From contig JBBEBA010000053.1 of the NCBI GenBank assembly GCA_040882575.1, forward strand, positions 25,534-89,533: a DNA stretch of 64,000 bases. Direction: 5' to 3'. The DNA comes from Gemmatimonadota bacterium (lineage in GTDB: Bacteria > Gemmatimonadota > Gemmatimonadetes > Longimicrobiales > RSA9). The position numbers and the translations under genes were made by a program. Positions 15,838-26,033 of the stretch are shown piece after piece (position 1 is the first letter of the stretch; every line of letters begins with the position of its first letter). The notes below the pieces were generated by a model. That model had not been told where the DNA came from, did not search any database, and worked only from the letters and a program-made list of their open reading frames with translations.

Positions 15838-17619
15838 TCAGAAGGCGGAGCGGCGTTCGCGCGCGTGACGCTGCAGGATGGGCAGCTCGGGCGGCTCGGA
15901 GTACCTGCGGAAAATGGCGTGCAGGTCCAGCGGGTCGTCAATGGGATAGTCTTCGGGCACGAGGCCGCGCGGCGTGAGCAGAAATGGCCAGCCCTGACGC
16001 CCGCCGAGCGCGCCGTGCGCGCCGATCTGGTCGTCGAAGCAGATGCAGATGTCGTTCTCGGCGTCATAGGAGCCGAACAGGACCATGTCGCCGGCGTTCT
16101 TCATGTTGGCGAGTTGCGCGATCGCTCGCCGCTCGACGGCGGACTCCGCATAATCGCGGAGCGGATCTTCGCCTGACAGCATCTCCATCTCACCGGCCGG
16201 CGTAATGAGAGCGCGACCACGCAGCGTCTCGACGTGTGCGCCATCGAGCATGCGCGTGATGACGCAGCCAATGCCGCCGTGCGCGACGAGGAAGTAGTAC
16301 AGCGCGCGACGGTCCGGGTCTTCTCGGATCTCGTCGAACGACAGCGGCCGCTCCGGCTGTGTCCAGTACACGTGTGCAAGCGACGACGAGTAGGTGACGA
16401 TGATTTTCTCCTCGTCCACCTCCTTCACGGTCTCGGGCAGGAGCGGGAACAGGTTGTAGTGCTGCCTGATCCAGCGGCCGAGGCCGAGGCCTGCCTTGCG
16501 CGCGGGCAGGATCGACTCCTCCGAAACGTGCTCGAGCTCCTGGACGAGGAAGTCCATGGCATCCTGGTGCTCGATGGAGTAGTCGCCCGTACCGGCCATG
16601 ACGAGGACGCCGTGTTTGGTGGCATTCACGATGGTGTCGCCGAGCGTCTCGTCGTAGCGGATACGGTACGGCACGGATGGCGTCTGGCCGTGGTCGCTCA
16701 GGATATACAGGTCGTAGGGACGGCCGGGGGCACGTCGCAGCATGGCCATGATCTCGCCGATACGGCGGTCGAGCGCGCGCACGCTGCCGAACGCCATGCG
16801 GGTACCGGGCCCGAAATGGTGCGCGAACTCGTCGTACACGTTGTACGTGGTGTAGATCGCCGGCACGCCCGTGTAGATGTCGAGCAGCACGGCGAGCGTC
16901 TGCAACTCGCGCAGCACGACGTTCGTGCCCATGTGCAGGAACGGCAGGTACCACCAGTAGTAGGTGTACTGGCCGCGCATCTGTCCCCAGACGCGCACGA
17001 CTTCCTCGCGCAGGTACTCGAGGATGCTGTCGATCACCATCCGCACCATGCGGATCGGATGCAGCAGTGCGAGCAGCGCAACGCGGCCGCCGCCCATCTT
17101 GCCCAGCAGTCGCTGCGGCTTCTTCGCGGCGAGCGTGAAGATGGCGCGGTCGGCACCGCCATCGTAGATGTTGACGTAACCCGAGCCGCCGTCGAGGATG
17201 CCGGATTCCGGCAGCCGGTCGCGGATGTGCTGTACGTCGGCGGGCTTGGACCCTATGATCAGGCGCCGCTCGGACTTCTCGTAGAAGCGGAACGCCGGAA
17301 TGTCCTCCTTGGTGCCGTAGAAGATTGCGGCCTGCGCGGCGGGTGTCGCGCTCGGCAGGCCGGCCGGGAAGCGGCGCAGCTCCCAGCCGTCGCGTTCGAT
17401 GAGGCGGCGCAGGCGCGGCGCGTAGCCGCGCTCGATGGCGGTGATCAGGTCGTCGTGCGCGAGCGCATCGATCTGGATGACGATGAAGCCGCGTTCGTCA
17501 CGCTCGAGCCGTCGCTTCCGCTCGCCCGTGAACGGAAAGTACTTGAGGCGGTAATAGAAACGGTAGATGGAGCGACGCAATCGCTTCAACCTGTTCGGAG
17601 AAGAGATGGAAGGCTCCAT
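15838..17619 (-). CDS. Alkaline-phosphatase-superfamily protein (nucleotide pyrophosphatase/phosphodiesterase-like)
   Basis: IVIQIDALAHDDL, GLPSATPAAQAAIFYG (nucleophile-Thr context) and YILSDHGQTP are present. The first ATG is at 17619. In-frame TTG alternatives are at 17589 and 17580. Confidence 0.7.
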   Translation of the reverse strand: MEPSISSPNRLKRLRRSIYRFYYRLKYFPFTGERKRRLERDERGFIVIQIDALAHDDLITAIERGYAPRLRRLIERDGWELRRFPAGLPSATPAAQAAIFYGTKEDIPAFRFYEKSERRLIIGSKPADVQHIRDRLPESGILDGGSGYVNIYDGGADRAIFTLAAKKPQRLLGKMGGGRVALLALLHPIRMVRMVIDSILEYLREEVVRVWGQMRGQYTYYWWYLPFLHMGTNVVLRELQTLAVLLDIYTGVPAIYTTYNVYDEFAHHFGPGTRMAFGSVRALDRRIGEIMAMLRRAPGRPYDLYILSDHGQTPSVPYRIRYDETLGDTIVNATKHGVLVMAGTGDYSIEHQDAMDFLVQELEHVSEESILPARKAGLGLGRWIRQHYNLFPLLPETVKEVDEEKIIVTYSSSLAHVYWTQPERPLSFDEIREDPDRRALYYFLVAHGGIGCVITRMLDGAHVETLRGRALITPAGEMEMLSGEDPLRDYAESAVERRAIAQLANMKNAGDMVLFGSYDAENDICICFDDQIGAHGALGGRQGWPFLLTPRGLVPEDYPIDDPLDLHAIFRRYSEPPELPILQRHARERRSAF

Positions 17620-18334
17620 ATCGCTCGCAGCCGCATTTGCGGCTGGCGTACTCTCGTTCCTGTCGCCGTGCGTACTTCCCATCGTACCCGGTTACCTCGG
17701 CTTCATCACCGGCATGTCGCTGGATGAGCTGCGCAGTGTGCCCTCCCGCCGGGCAGTAATGGTGCCAGCGTCGTTCTTCGTTGCCGGATTCACGATCATC
17801 TTCCTGCTGCTCGGCGCGTCAGCCACCCTGCTCGGGCAGGTCCTGAACGTATACGACGACTGGATCGCGCGCATTGGCGGGGTGGTCATCATTCTGTTCG
17901 GTCTGCATCTGCTCGGCGTGCTGCGCATAGGAGCCCTGCTGCGGGAGCGGCGCGTCCACCTGAACCAGTCGCCCGCCGGCCATGCGGGAGCGCTGCTGGC
18001 CGGGCTGGCGTTCGGCGCCGGCTGGACGCCCTGCATCGGCCCGATCCTCGGTGCGCTGCTGACGTACGCCGGCGCCCGCGAGACGCTGGGCGGCGGGATG
18101 GTTCTGCTGGCCACGTACTCGCTCGGTCTCGCCGTGCCCTTCCTGCTGGCCGCGCTCGCGACCGGGTGGTTCCTCGACGTGTCGCAGCGGCTGCGCGGCG
18201 CGCTGCCGATCATCGAGAAGACGTCCGGTGTCGTGCTGGTCGCCGTGGGACTGTTGCTCGTGAGCGGTTCGTTCACCTTGCTGTCGGCGTGGCTGACGCG
18301 TTACACGCCCGCTTTCCTGCTGGACAGGCTGTAG
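17606..18334 (+). CDS. ccdA: Cytochrome c biogenesis / thiol-disulfide electron transporter CcdA (DsbD family)
   Basis: Starts at the ATG at 17606: MEGSISLAAAFAAGVLSFLSPCVLPIVPGYLGF...WTPCIGPILGALL. The two conserved Cys lie in TM helices. Confidence 0.85.
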   Translation: MEGSISLAAAFAAGVLSFLSPCVLPIVPGYLGFITGMSLDELRSVPSRRAVMVPASFFVAGFTIIFLLLGASATLLGQVLNVYDDWIARIGGVVIILFGLHLLGVLRIGALLRERRVHLNQSPAGHAGALLAGLAFGAGWTPCIGPILGALLTYAGARETLGGGMVLLATYSLGLAVPFLLAALATGWFLDVSQRLRGALPIIEKTSGVVLVAVGLLLVSGSFTLLSAWLTRYTPAFLLDRL

Positions 18335-18356
18335 CGGCTCAGCCGGTGTGCAGTGA

Positions 18357-18737
18357 TCACGCACTGCCGAGCAGCTCGGGCAGCCTGCGGAGCAGCTCCC
18401 GCGGTTCGAGCGGCTTGGTGAAGAAGTGAGTGCACCCCGCAGCCAGGCAGGCGTCGCGCTCATGCGCACCGGCGCGGCCGGTCAGCGCAACAATGCGGAT
18501 ACTGGCGGTCTCCGGCCGGGACATGAGATCCTGTGCGACCTCCAGGCCGGAGCGGTCTGGCAGCCCGAGGTCCAGGAGCACGAGCGCAGGCTGCCGCTCC
18601 GTCGCGACGCTCAGCGCTTCGGCGGCGGTACCGGCCTCATCGACGAGGTAGCCGGCATCCTCCAGCAGCAGTCTGAACGCGTGGCGGAGCAGGGGGTCGT
18701 CTTCGACGAGGAGGATGGTTGGCGTTGGGTCCGTCAT
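18357..18737 (-). CDS. Stand-alone response-regulator receiver domain (CheY-like)
   Basis: 126 aa: ILLVEDDPLLRHAFRLLLEDAGY...LVLLDLGLPDRSGLEV...ALTG...FFTKP. Confidence 0.85.
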   Translation of the reverse strand: MTDPTPTILLVEDDPLLRHAFRLLLEDAGYLVDEAGTAAEALSVATERQPALVLLDLGLPDRSGLEVAQDLMSRPETASIRIVALTGRAGAHERDACLAAGCTHFFTKPLEPRELLRRLPELLGSA

Positions 18738-18754
18738 GTGCCGCTAAGCTAAAG

Positions 18755-20527
18755 TCACGCAGTGTGTTCGGCAAGCGGCTCCCGTTCCAGACCCTCCTCC
18801 AGCAGCTGCCTCCTGAGCAGCGTCGCGTAGACGCCGTTTCGCGCCAGCAGCGCCTCGTGCGTGCCGCGCTCGGCGATCGCACCCTGATCGAGGACGAGGA
18901 TGCGGTCGGCCGTCATGACTGCGCTCACGCGGTGACTCACGACGACGGCCGTGCGCTCCCGCATCACGTCGCGCAGTGCGGCGAGGATCTCCTGCTCCGT
19001 GTGCGTGTCGACGGCGCTCAGCGCGTCGTCCAGTACCAGGATGACCGGATCGCGGGCGAGCGCGCGCGCCAGCGTCGTCCGTTGTCGCTGTCCGCCCGAC
19101 AGGTTCACGCCGCGCTCGCCGAGCCGCGTCGCGTAGCCGCGCGGAAAGCTCTCGATCGTCTCTCGGATCCGTGCCACGTCGCTCGCCCACCGGATCTTCT
19201 CCACGCGTCCATCACCTGCGGGGACGCCGAGCCCGATATTGCTCTCGAGCGTGTCGGAGAAGACGAAAGCGTCCTGCGGCACGGCGCCGATGGCGCCGCG
19301 CAGCTGGTCGAGCGGCACGCGCTCGATCGGTACGCCGTCGAGCAGCACCACGCCCTCCGTCGCGTCGTACTGGCGCGTGAGCAGCGCAATGATCGTGGAC
19401 TTGCCGGCGCCCGTCGGGCCGACGAGCGCCGCCGTATCGCCTGCCGGGATGTGAAACGAGACGTCGCGCAGCACCCATCGTTCCGAGCCGGGGTAGCGGA
19501 ACGAGACGTTGCGGAACTCGATGTCGCCGCTCAATCTCTCGATACGCTGCGGCCGGGTCGGCTCGGCCACTGCGGGCTGCGTGTTCATGATGCGATCGAT
19601 CCTGCTCATGCTCGCGGCGCCGCGCTGGAACAGGTTGATGACCCAGCCGAGCGCGATCATCGGCCACGTCAGCATGGCAAGGTAGAAGATGAACGCGACG
19701 AAATCGCCGTTCGTGATCTCCCCGCTCATCGCCTGTACGCCGCCGAACCAGAGCACGGCCAGCAGCCCGAAGCCGGTGAGCAGCGTCAGTGTCGGGTGGA
19801 AGATGGCCGATGTCCGCGCGAGCGCCATGTTGCGCTCCATGTACTCGCGGTTCAGGCGCTCGAACTCTTCCTGCTGCGCAGTCTCCTGACCGTATGCGCG
19901 TACTATGCGGACGCCGCTCAGGTTCTCCTGCACCATGCTCGACAGCACGCCGAGGTGCTCCTGGATCCGGTCCGCCTTGAAGTGGATGATGCGGCCGAAG
20001 TACTTCATGACGAACGGCAGCAGCACGAGAGGCACCAGGGCAATGAGCGTGAGGACCACACTGTAGCGCATCATGAACCAGAGCGCGGCGACCGTGCTCA
20101 CCACGGTGTTGACCAGGTACATGATGCCCGGGCCGACCGCCTGCCGTACCGCCTGCAGGTCGTTCGTGCCTCGGCTCATCAGGTCGCCCGTCCGCGTGCC
20201 GCCGAAGAATGTCGCATCCAGCCGGATCAGATGACCGAAGAACGCATCGCGCAGGTCTGACTCGATACGCCGGCTGATCGCGTTCAGCAGCTGGCGCATG
20301 CCGAAGCGGCCGGCGCCCGCGAACACGGCTACGATGATGATCAGGCCGGCGTAGCGGAACAGATCGGCACGCGTCGTCGCCGGATCGGCGAGCGCGTCGA
20401 TGGCGAGCCCGATCAGCCAGGGTACGAGGATGCCGAAGCCGTTGGACACCACGATGAACGCGAGCCCGGCGAGGATGCCGGCCCGGTAGGGTCGTACATA
20501 GGGGAGGACACTGCGCAGTGCTGACAC
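18755..20527 (-). CDS. ABC exporter, fused permease/ATPase (MsbA/multidrug type)
   Basis: 590 aa. The N-terminus is a 6-TM domain. Walker A is GPTGAGKST, the signature is LSGGQRQR, and Walker B is ILVLDDALSAVD. Confidence 0.9.
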   Translation of the reverse strand: MSALRSVLPYVRPYRAGILAGLAFIVVSNGFGILVPWLIGLAIDALADPATTRADLFRYAGLIIIVAVFAGAGRFGMRQLLNAISRRIESDLRDAFFGHLIRLDATFFGGTRTGDLMSRGTNDLQAVRQAVGPGIMYLVNTVVSTVAALWFMMRYSVVLTLIALVPLVLLPFVMKYFGRIIHFKADRIQEHLGVLSSMVQENLSGVRIVRAYGQETAQQEEFERLNREYMERNMALARTSAIFHPTLTLLTGFGLLAVLWFGGVQAMSGEITNGDFVAFIFYLAMLTWPMIALGWVINLFQRGAASMSRIDRIMNTQPAVAEPTRPQRIERLSGDIEFRNVSFRYPGSERWVLRDVSFHIPAGDTAALVGPTGAGKSTIIALLTRQYDATEGVVLLDGVPIERVPLDQLRGAIGAVPQDAFVFSDTLESNIGLGVPAGDGRVEKIRWASDVARIRETIESFPRGYATRLGERGVNLSGGQRQRTTLARALARDPVILVLDDALSAVDTHTEQEILAALRDVMRERTAVVVSHRVSAVMTADRILVLDQGAIAERGTHEALLARNGVYATLLRRQLLEEGLEREPLAEHTA

Positions 20528-20717
20528 GACCGCTATTCAGGACACCCGGCGCACCGGGCGCCGTGCAAAGGTGCGAAAAAACCTGCTGCCGCGCGGAAAA
20601 ATAACGAATCGCAACGCGGGCATGTGCGTTGCACCTACAGCATGACCACGCGGCGGCTGGAGCAGGAAGGTACGGCTGCCGTCCGCCGCGTTCAAGATGC
20701 GACACCGGAGAGCTCGA

Positions 20718-21599
20718 ATGACAAAACGCAGAATGGGAGCAGCGTGGCTGCTCATGTTGCCGCTGGCGATGGTGCCTGCGGCGTGTGCCGGCGATGGTGC
20801 CGCTGATCGGTCCGCGCTGCGGCAGGACGAGCTCGACCGTGAGCTGGACCTGGCGCTGCGGAGCGATACGACGCCGGTCGCGTTCATGGACACGGTCGTG
20901 AACGCGGACGAGAAGACTCCGACGCCGGAGCCCGGCCCGAGCCCGCGCGTCGAGCAGCCGCGGGCGCCGCGGCCCGATCCGGCACCGGCGCCGCAGCCGG
21001 TGCGGCCGCGCACACCGCGGACGGAGATGCCGGCACCCGCACCGGCTCCGCGTCCGCGCCTGGCTTCCGTGTCGCGCGGCACGAGCATGGCCCTGACGAT
21101 GAACCAGACGCTGTCCACCGAGACGAACCGGGTCGGCGACTCGTTTACCGCGACGCTGCAGAGCTCGATCACCGACGCCAGCGGTACGGTGCTGATTCCG
21201 GCCGGAGCGACGGTGCGCGGACGGATGACGCAGGTGGACAAGAGCGGCCACGTCGGCGAGACCGGAATCATCAAGCTCGCATTCGAGTCCGTGTCATTCG
21301 GCGGCAGCAGCTACCCCCTCGATGCGACGGTAATGCGCGCCCACCCCGAGCGCTCGAACCGGACGTCGACGCGTGAGCAGGTGACGAAAGTGGCAGCCGG
21401 CGCGGCCGCGGGTGCGGTGCTTGGCCGCGTGCTCGGCAAGAACACGCGTTCGACCGTGAAGGGCGCGGTCATCGGCGCGGCGGCAGGCACGGCCATCGCC
21501 ATGGGCACCGCGGACGTCGATGTCGTGCTGCCGGCGGGCAGCGAGCTCGTGATCCGTCTCGACTCACCGATCCAGGTACGCCGCCAGGCGGCTCAGTAG
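20718..21599 (+). CDS. Lipoprotein with a Pro-rich linker and C-terminal glycine-zipper region
   Basis: The ATG at 20718 has GGAG upstream. The N-terminus is MTKRRMGAAWLLMLPLAMVPAACAG (lipobox). A PAPAPQP-rich spacer follows. The C-terminus is AAGAAAGAVLGRVLG...GAVIGAAAGTAIAMG. Confidence 0.6.
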   Translation: MTKRRMGAAWLLMLPLAMVPAACAGDGAADRSALRQDELDRELDLALRSDTTPVAFMDTVVNADEKTPTPEPGPSPRVEQPRAPRPDPAPAPQPVRPRTPRTEMPAPAPAPRPRLASVSRGTSMALTMNQTLSTETNRVGDSFTATLQSSITDASGTVLIPAGATVRGRMTQVDKSGHVGETGIIKLAFESVSFGGSSYPLDATVMRAHPERSNRTSTREQVTKVAAGAAAGAVLGRVLGKNTRSTVKGAVIGAAAGTAIAMGTADVDVVLPAGSELVIRLDSPIQVRRQAAQ

Positions 21600-23329
21600 C
21601 CCGCGGCGCGACCGCCGCTGCGCGGGTCGCTCATGGCGCTCCAGGCTCCGCTCCGCCGCACGATCGTCGGGGCGGAGCCGACGCTGGACCGGGCCATGAC
21701 CGTGTGCCCCATTTCTCGCAGCTCGCTGATCATCGCCTCCGTGACCCCATCGCTCTCGTAGTAGAGCACGTCCGGCAGATGCTGGTGGTGAATGCGCGGC
21801 GCGTGCACGGCCGCCGCCGCTTCGAGCTCGTAGTCGACCACGTTCGAGATCACCTGGAAGACCGCGCTGATGATGCGCGGGCCGCCTCTCGCCCCGGTCA
21901 CCAGCAGCACGTCATCCTCCGGATCCAGCACGATCGTCGGCGTCATTGCCGACAGCATGCGCTTGCCCGGCTCGATCGCGTTGGCGTAACCCTGCACCAG
22001 TCCGTACATGTTCGGCGTGCCCGGCTTCGCAGCGAAGTCGTCCATCTCGTCGTTGAGCACGAAGCCAGCGCCGGCCACGGTTACGCCCGAACCGTACAGA
22101 TCGTTGATCGTCGTCGTGAGTGCGACAGCGTTGCCGCGCCGATCCACGACCGAGATGTGTGTCGTGTGCTCGGGCTCGCTGCGCAGCTCGATACCCGGCC
22201 TCACCGCGGTGGAGGGTGTGGCCTGCAGCCGGTCGATGCCCGCGCGCAGCCGGTCTGCGTACTCCTGCGAGACGAGCGTGTCGATCGGCATGACGACGAA
22301 CTCGGGATCGCCCAGAAAGTAGTTGCGGTCGGCGAACGCGCGCCGCATCGCCTCGCCCGTCAGGTGCAGCGCGGCCTGCGAATGCCAGCCCAGCCGGTCC
22401 AGCGGGTAGCCGTCCATGATGTTCGCCATCAGCGCGAGCGTGATGCCGCCCGACGACGACGGCGGCATCGAGATCACGCGGTGACCGCGGTAGTCGAACG
22501 TGATCGGCGTTCGCCACTCCGCGCTGTAACGCTGCAGGTCCTCGAGCGTGATGATGCCGCCGCCGCGCTCCATCTCGGCGATGATCAGTGCCGCGGTCCG
22601 ACCCGCGTAGAAGCCGGGCGGCCCCTCGTCGGAGATGCGCTGCAGCACCGCCGCCAGGTCGGGATTGCGCCAGCGCGTGCCGGCGCGGAGCGGAGTGCCG
22701 CCCGGCAGGAACAGAGCGGCAGAGCCGCCGAACTCGCGCAGACCGGATGCCGCGCCGGCGACGGAGGCCGCGAGGTGCATGTCCACCGTGAAGCCGTCGC
22801 GGGCGAGGTCGATGGCCGGCTGCAGCAGATCGGCCCACGCACGCGTGCCCAACCGGCGATGCGCTTCCCACAGCCCCATGACGCTGCCCGGCACACCCGA
22901 GGCGAGATGACCGGTGACGGAACGGTCGGTGACGTTGCCCTCGCCGTCCAGGTACATGTCGCCGGTGGCCGCGAGCGGTGCCTTCTCGCGGAAATCGAGC
23001 GCCGCCTCCGTGCGGTCAGCCATGCGCGCGACCATGAAGCCGCCGCCGCCGATGTTGCCGGCCTCGGGGTACACAACGGCGAGCGCGAACGCCGTGGCGA
23101 CGACCGCATCGATCGCGTTGCCGCCGGTCCGGAGCACGTCGAGCCCGACCTCGGTCGCGATCGGCGCGTCGCTCACGACCATCGCGGACGTGGCGTGTAC
23201 CGCCGCGGCGTCCGTGTCGTACGGCCATTCGGAAGGGATCGCTGTGGAGAGGTCGGTGCCGACGTGCATTACGGCGGCGCTCGTGCAGCCGGCCAGCAGA
23301 CACAGGATGGTGACGACGACGCTTCTCAT
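21593..23329 (-). CDS. ggt: Gamma-glutamyltranspeptidase
   Basis: 578 aa with lipoprotein signal MRSVVVTILCLLAGC. GNIGGGGFMV is present, and the autoprocessing-site context is EHTTHISVVDRRGNAVALTTTINDLYGSG. Confidence 0.9.
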   Translation of the reverse strand: MRSVVVTILCLLAGCTSAAVMHVGTDLSTAIPSEWPYDTDAAAVHATSAMVVSDAPIATEVGLDVLRTGGNAIDAVVATAFALAVVYPEAGNIGGGGFMVARMADRTEAALDFREKAPLAATGDMYLDGEGNVTDRSVTGHLASGVPGSVMGLWEAHRRLGTRAWADLLQPAIDLARDGFTVDMHLAASVAGAASGLREFGGSAALFLPGGTPLRAGTRWRNPDLAAVLQRISDEGPPGFYAGRTAALIIAEMERGGGIITLEDLQRYSAEWRTPITFDYRGHRVISMPPSSSGGITLALMANIMDGYPLDRLGWHSQAALHLTGEAMRRAFADRNYFLGDPEFVVMPIDTLVSQEYADRLRAGIDRLQATPSTAVRPGIELRSEPEHTTHISVVDRRGNAVALTTTINDLYGSGVTVAGAGFVLNDEMDDFAAKPGTPNMYGLVQGYANAIEPGKRMLSAMTPTIVLDPEDDVLLVTGARGGPRIISAVFQVISNVVDYELEAAAAVHAPRIHHQHLPDVLYYESDGVTEAMISELREMGHTVMARSSVGSAPTIVRRSGAWSAMSDPRSGGRAAGY

Positions 23330-23463
23330 GGGCGGCCTCGAATGGGAACAGAAAACGCCTCGAAAAGTACGATGCAGAACGGCCCTGCCGCCACCGCGTT
23401 GTTGACGGAGCGCGCGGCCGCACGTTAACGTCGCCGGGTTGGTTCTCTGGACGGAGCTCGCTC

Positions 23464-23970
23464 ATGACAGTTTCGCGCGCACAGGCGATCGCCACATTCG
23501 CCGCTCTCATCGCCGTGACGCTGGCGACGAGCGCCATGGTGCCTGCGCCCGTGGTGCCCGTGCCGGTCGCAGCAACCGGTTCGGCGCCCGGCGTGGCGGC
23601 GGAGCCGGTCACGCTCGACTGGAAGACGATGGCCGCGCTGAACTACCGCACGGGCGAGATGCCGGAATCGCTGCGGAAGCTGAACGGCGTTCTCGTGCGT
23701 GTGCCCGGCTTCATGGTGCCGCTCGAGGACACGGAGACGCGGGTCACCGAGTTTCTGCTCGTGCCGTACTTCGGCGCCTGCATCCATGTGCCGCCGCCGC
23801 CGCCCAACCAGATGGCGCACGTGCTCATGCTGAAGGGGCAGCAGGTCGACGTGAACCTGTGGGACCCGATCTGGATCGTCGGTACGCTGAAGATCGAGAA
23901 CGTGGAGAGCCCCTACGGCATGGTCGGCTACCAGGTGACTGGCCAGCGGATCGAGCCATACGAAGGCTGA
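23464..23970 (+). CDS. DUF3299-like exported protein (partner of MacB-type ABC systems)
   Basis: 168 aa with a signal-like N-terminus: ...LNGVLVRVPGFMVPLEDTETRVTEFLLVPYFGACIHVPPPPPNQ.... Confidence 0.7.
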   Translation: MTVSRAQAIATFAALIAVTLATSAMVPAPVVPVPVAATGSAPGVAAEPVTLDWKTMAALNYRTGEMPESLRKLNGVLVRVPGFMVPLEDTETRVTEFLLVPYFGACIHVPPPPPNQMAHVLMLKGQQVDVNLWDPIWIVGTLKIENVESPYGMVGYQVTGQRIEPYEG

Positions 23971-23975
23971 GCACC

Positions 23976-24710
23976 GTGGCAACAGCGGCGGCGGGCAGCG
24001 GCCGGGCCGCGCGGGGGACGCCGCGCAGTCCGGCCGTTCTGCTGGAGGACGTGAAGTTCGCCTACGCGCGGTCGGCGACGGTGCTGAACGTGCCCCTGTT
24101 CCGCATCGAACGGGGCGAGCGCGTGTTCGTCTTCGGCCCCAGCGGCAGCGGCAAGACCACGCTGCTCGGCCTGCTGACCGGCGTGCTCCGCGCGGACGCC
24201 GGCGCGGTCCGCGTGCTCGATGCCGACCTGACGACGCTCTCGAACCGCGGGCGCGACGCGCTGCGCGCGGCGCACATGGGCTACATCTTCCAGTTGTTCA
24301 ATCTCATCCCGTACCTCTCGGTCGAGGAGAACATCGTGCTGCCCTGCCGGCTGAGCCGCGCGCGCGCAGCGCGGCTGAATGGCGTGTCGCCGGCCGCGGC
24401 GGCGGCCGCGCTCGCGAACGCACTCGGCATCGACATGCTGCTGAACGAGAAGGTGACGCGCCTCAGCGTCGGGCAGGCGCAGCGCGTCGCCGCGGCGCGC
24501 GCGCTGATCGGTGCGCCGGACCTGGTCGTGGCCGATGAGCCGACATCCGCGCTCGACTCGGACCGGCGCGAGCAGTTTCTCGAGCTGCTCTTCGAGCGCT
24601 GTGCTGACGCAGCAGCCACGCTCGTCTTCGTCAGCCACGACCGCCAGCTCGAGCACATGTTCGACCGCGCGCTCTCCCTCGACGATCTCAACCTGGCGTC
24701 GGCGCGCTGA
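23976..24710 (+). CDS. ABC transporter ATP-binding protein (MacB/LolD-like)
   Basis: Starts at the GTG at 23976 within ORF 23439..24710. Motifs are GPSGSGKTTLL, LSVGQAQRVAAARAL and LVVADEPTSALD. Confidence 0.9.
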   Translation: MATAAAGSGRAARGTPRSPAVLLEDVKFAYARSATVLNVPLFRIERGERVFVFGPSGSGKTTLLGLLTGVLRADAGAVRVLDADLTTLSNRGRDALRAAHMGYIFQLFNLIPYLSVEENIVLPCRLSRARAARLNGVSPAAAAAALANALGIDMLLNEKVTRLSVGQAQRVAAARALIGAPDLVVADEPTSALDSDRREQFLELLFERCADAAATLVFVSHDRQLEHMFDRALSLDDLNLASAR

Positions 24711-26026
24711 TGTTCCTGCTTTCGCTCGTGCGCAAGTCGCTCGCGAACCGGTTGCTCGCGACGTCGCTCACAATCGGCTCCATCGCGCTCAGCGTCGCAC
24801 TGCTGCTCGGCATCGAGAACGTGCGCGCCGGCATGCGCGAGAGCTTCTCGAGCACCATCAGCCGCACCGACCTGATCGTCGGCGCGCGTGGCGGCTCGCT
24901 GCAGCTGCTGCTGTACTCCGTGTTCGGCATTGGCTCGCCGACGAACAACCTCGACTGGGAGACGTACCAGCATTTTGTCGCGCATCCGGCCGTCGCGTGG
25001 ACGATCCCGATCTCGCTCGGCGACAGCTACCGCGGCTTTCGCGTGATCGGGACCGACAGCTCCTTCTACGAGCATTACCGCTACGGTGGCGACCGCGCCG
25101 TGGCAGTGGACCGCGGGCGCACGCCGCGCGGCGCGCGCGATGTCGTGCTCGGGCACCAGGTCGCCGACGAGCTCGGTTACGACGTCGGCAGCGATGTCGT
25201 CATCACGCACGGCCTTTATGGTTCCGGCATCATGGACCATGACGAGCAGCCGTTCCGCGTCGTCGGCGTGCTCGCGCGCACATTCACACCGGTGGACCGC
25301 GCGCTCTACGTCACGCTCGACGGCATCGATGCCGTGCACGAAGGCTTCATGACCGACCCGTTCGCGGGACCGGCGGGCGGCGTCCTGCCGGGCTTCGCGC
25401 CGCCGCCGGACTTTGCCGAGCGGCCGGCGGTTGCAGCCGACGCGGACAGTGCGCCGGCGCACGCTGGTGAGCCCGTGCAGGTCACGGCCTTCCTGCTCGG
25501 TGCGCGCAGCCGCATCGCAACGCTGCAGCTGCAGCGCGAGATCAACACGTACGAGCACGAGGCCATCATGGCCATCCTGCCGGGCGTCGCGCTGGCCGAG
25601 ATGTGGCGGGGTGTCGGCTACGCGGAGAGTGCGCTGCTGGTTGTAACGTTCTTCGTGGTGCTCGTCGGTCTGATCGGCATGCTGCTCAGCCTGTACTCGT
25701 CGCTCGAGGCGAGACGTCGTGAGATGGCGATCCTGCGAGCGGTCGGGGCCGGTGCGCCGAAGATCTTCGCGCTGCTGGTACTGGAGTCCGGCCTGCTTGG
25801 TGTCGCCGGTTCGATCGCCGGCGTCGCCCTGATCTACGCCCTGCTCGCGCTGCTGAAGGGGTGGGTGGCAGGCACATTCGGGCTGTACCTGCCGATCCTG
25901 CCGCCGACTCCGGCGGCGCTCAGCTACCTCGCCGCCGTCGTTGCTGCGTCGTTCCTGCTCGGCCTGGTGCCCGCCATGCGGGCGTATCGCAACAGCCTGG
26001 CCGACGGACTCACGGTGAGAGTCTGA
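24710..26026 (+). CDS. ABC transporter permease (FtsX/MacB-type)
   Basis: 438 aa. The start overlaps the ATPase stop (TGATG). It has an N-terminal TM helix, a periplasmic domain and a C-terminal FtsX-like 3-TM bundle. Confidence 0.85.
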   Translation: MFLLSLVRKSLANRLLATSLTIGSIALSVALLLGIENVRAGMRESFSSTISRTDLIVGARGGSLQLLLYSVFGIGSPTNNLDWETYQHFVAHPAVAWTIPISLGDSYRGFRVIGTDSSFYEHYRYGGDRAVAVDRGRTPRGARDVVLGHQVADELGYDVGSDVVITHGLYGSGIMDHDEQPFRVVGVLARTFTPVDRALYVTLDGIDAVHEGFMTDPFAGPAGGVLPGFAPPPDFAERPAVAADADSAPAHAGEPVQVTAFLLGARSRIATLQLQREINTYEHEAIMAILPGVALAEMWRGVGYAESALLVVTFFVVLVGLIGMLLSLYSSLEARRREMAILRAVGAGAPKIFALLVLESGLLGVAGSIAGVALIYALLALLKGWVAGTFGLYLPILPPTPAALSYLAAVVAASFLLGLVPAMRAYRNSLADGLTVRV

Positions 26027-26033
26027 CGCAGCA

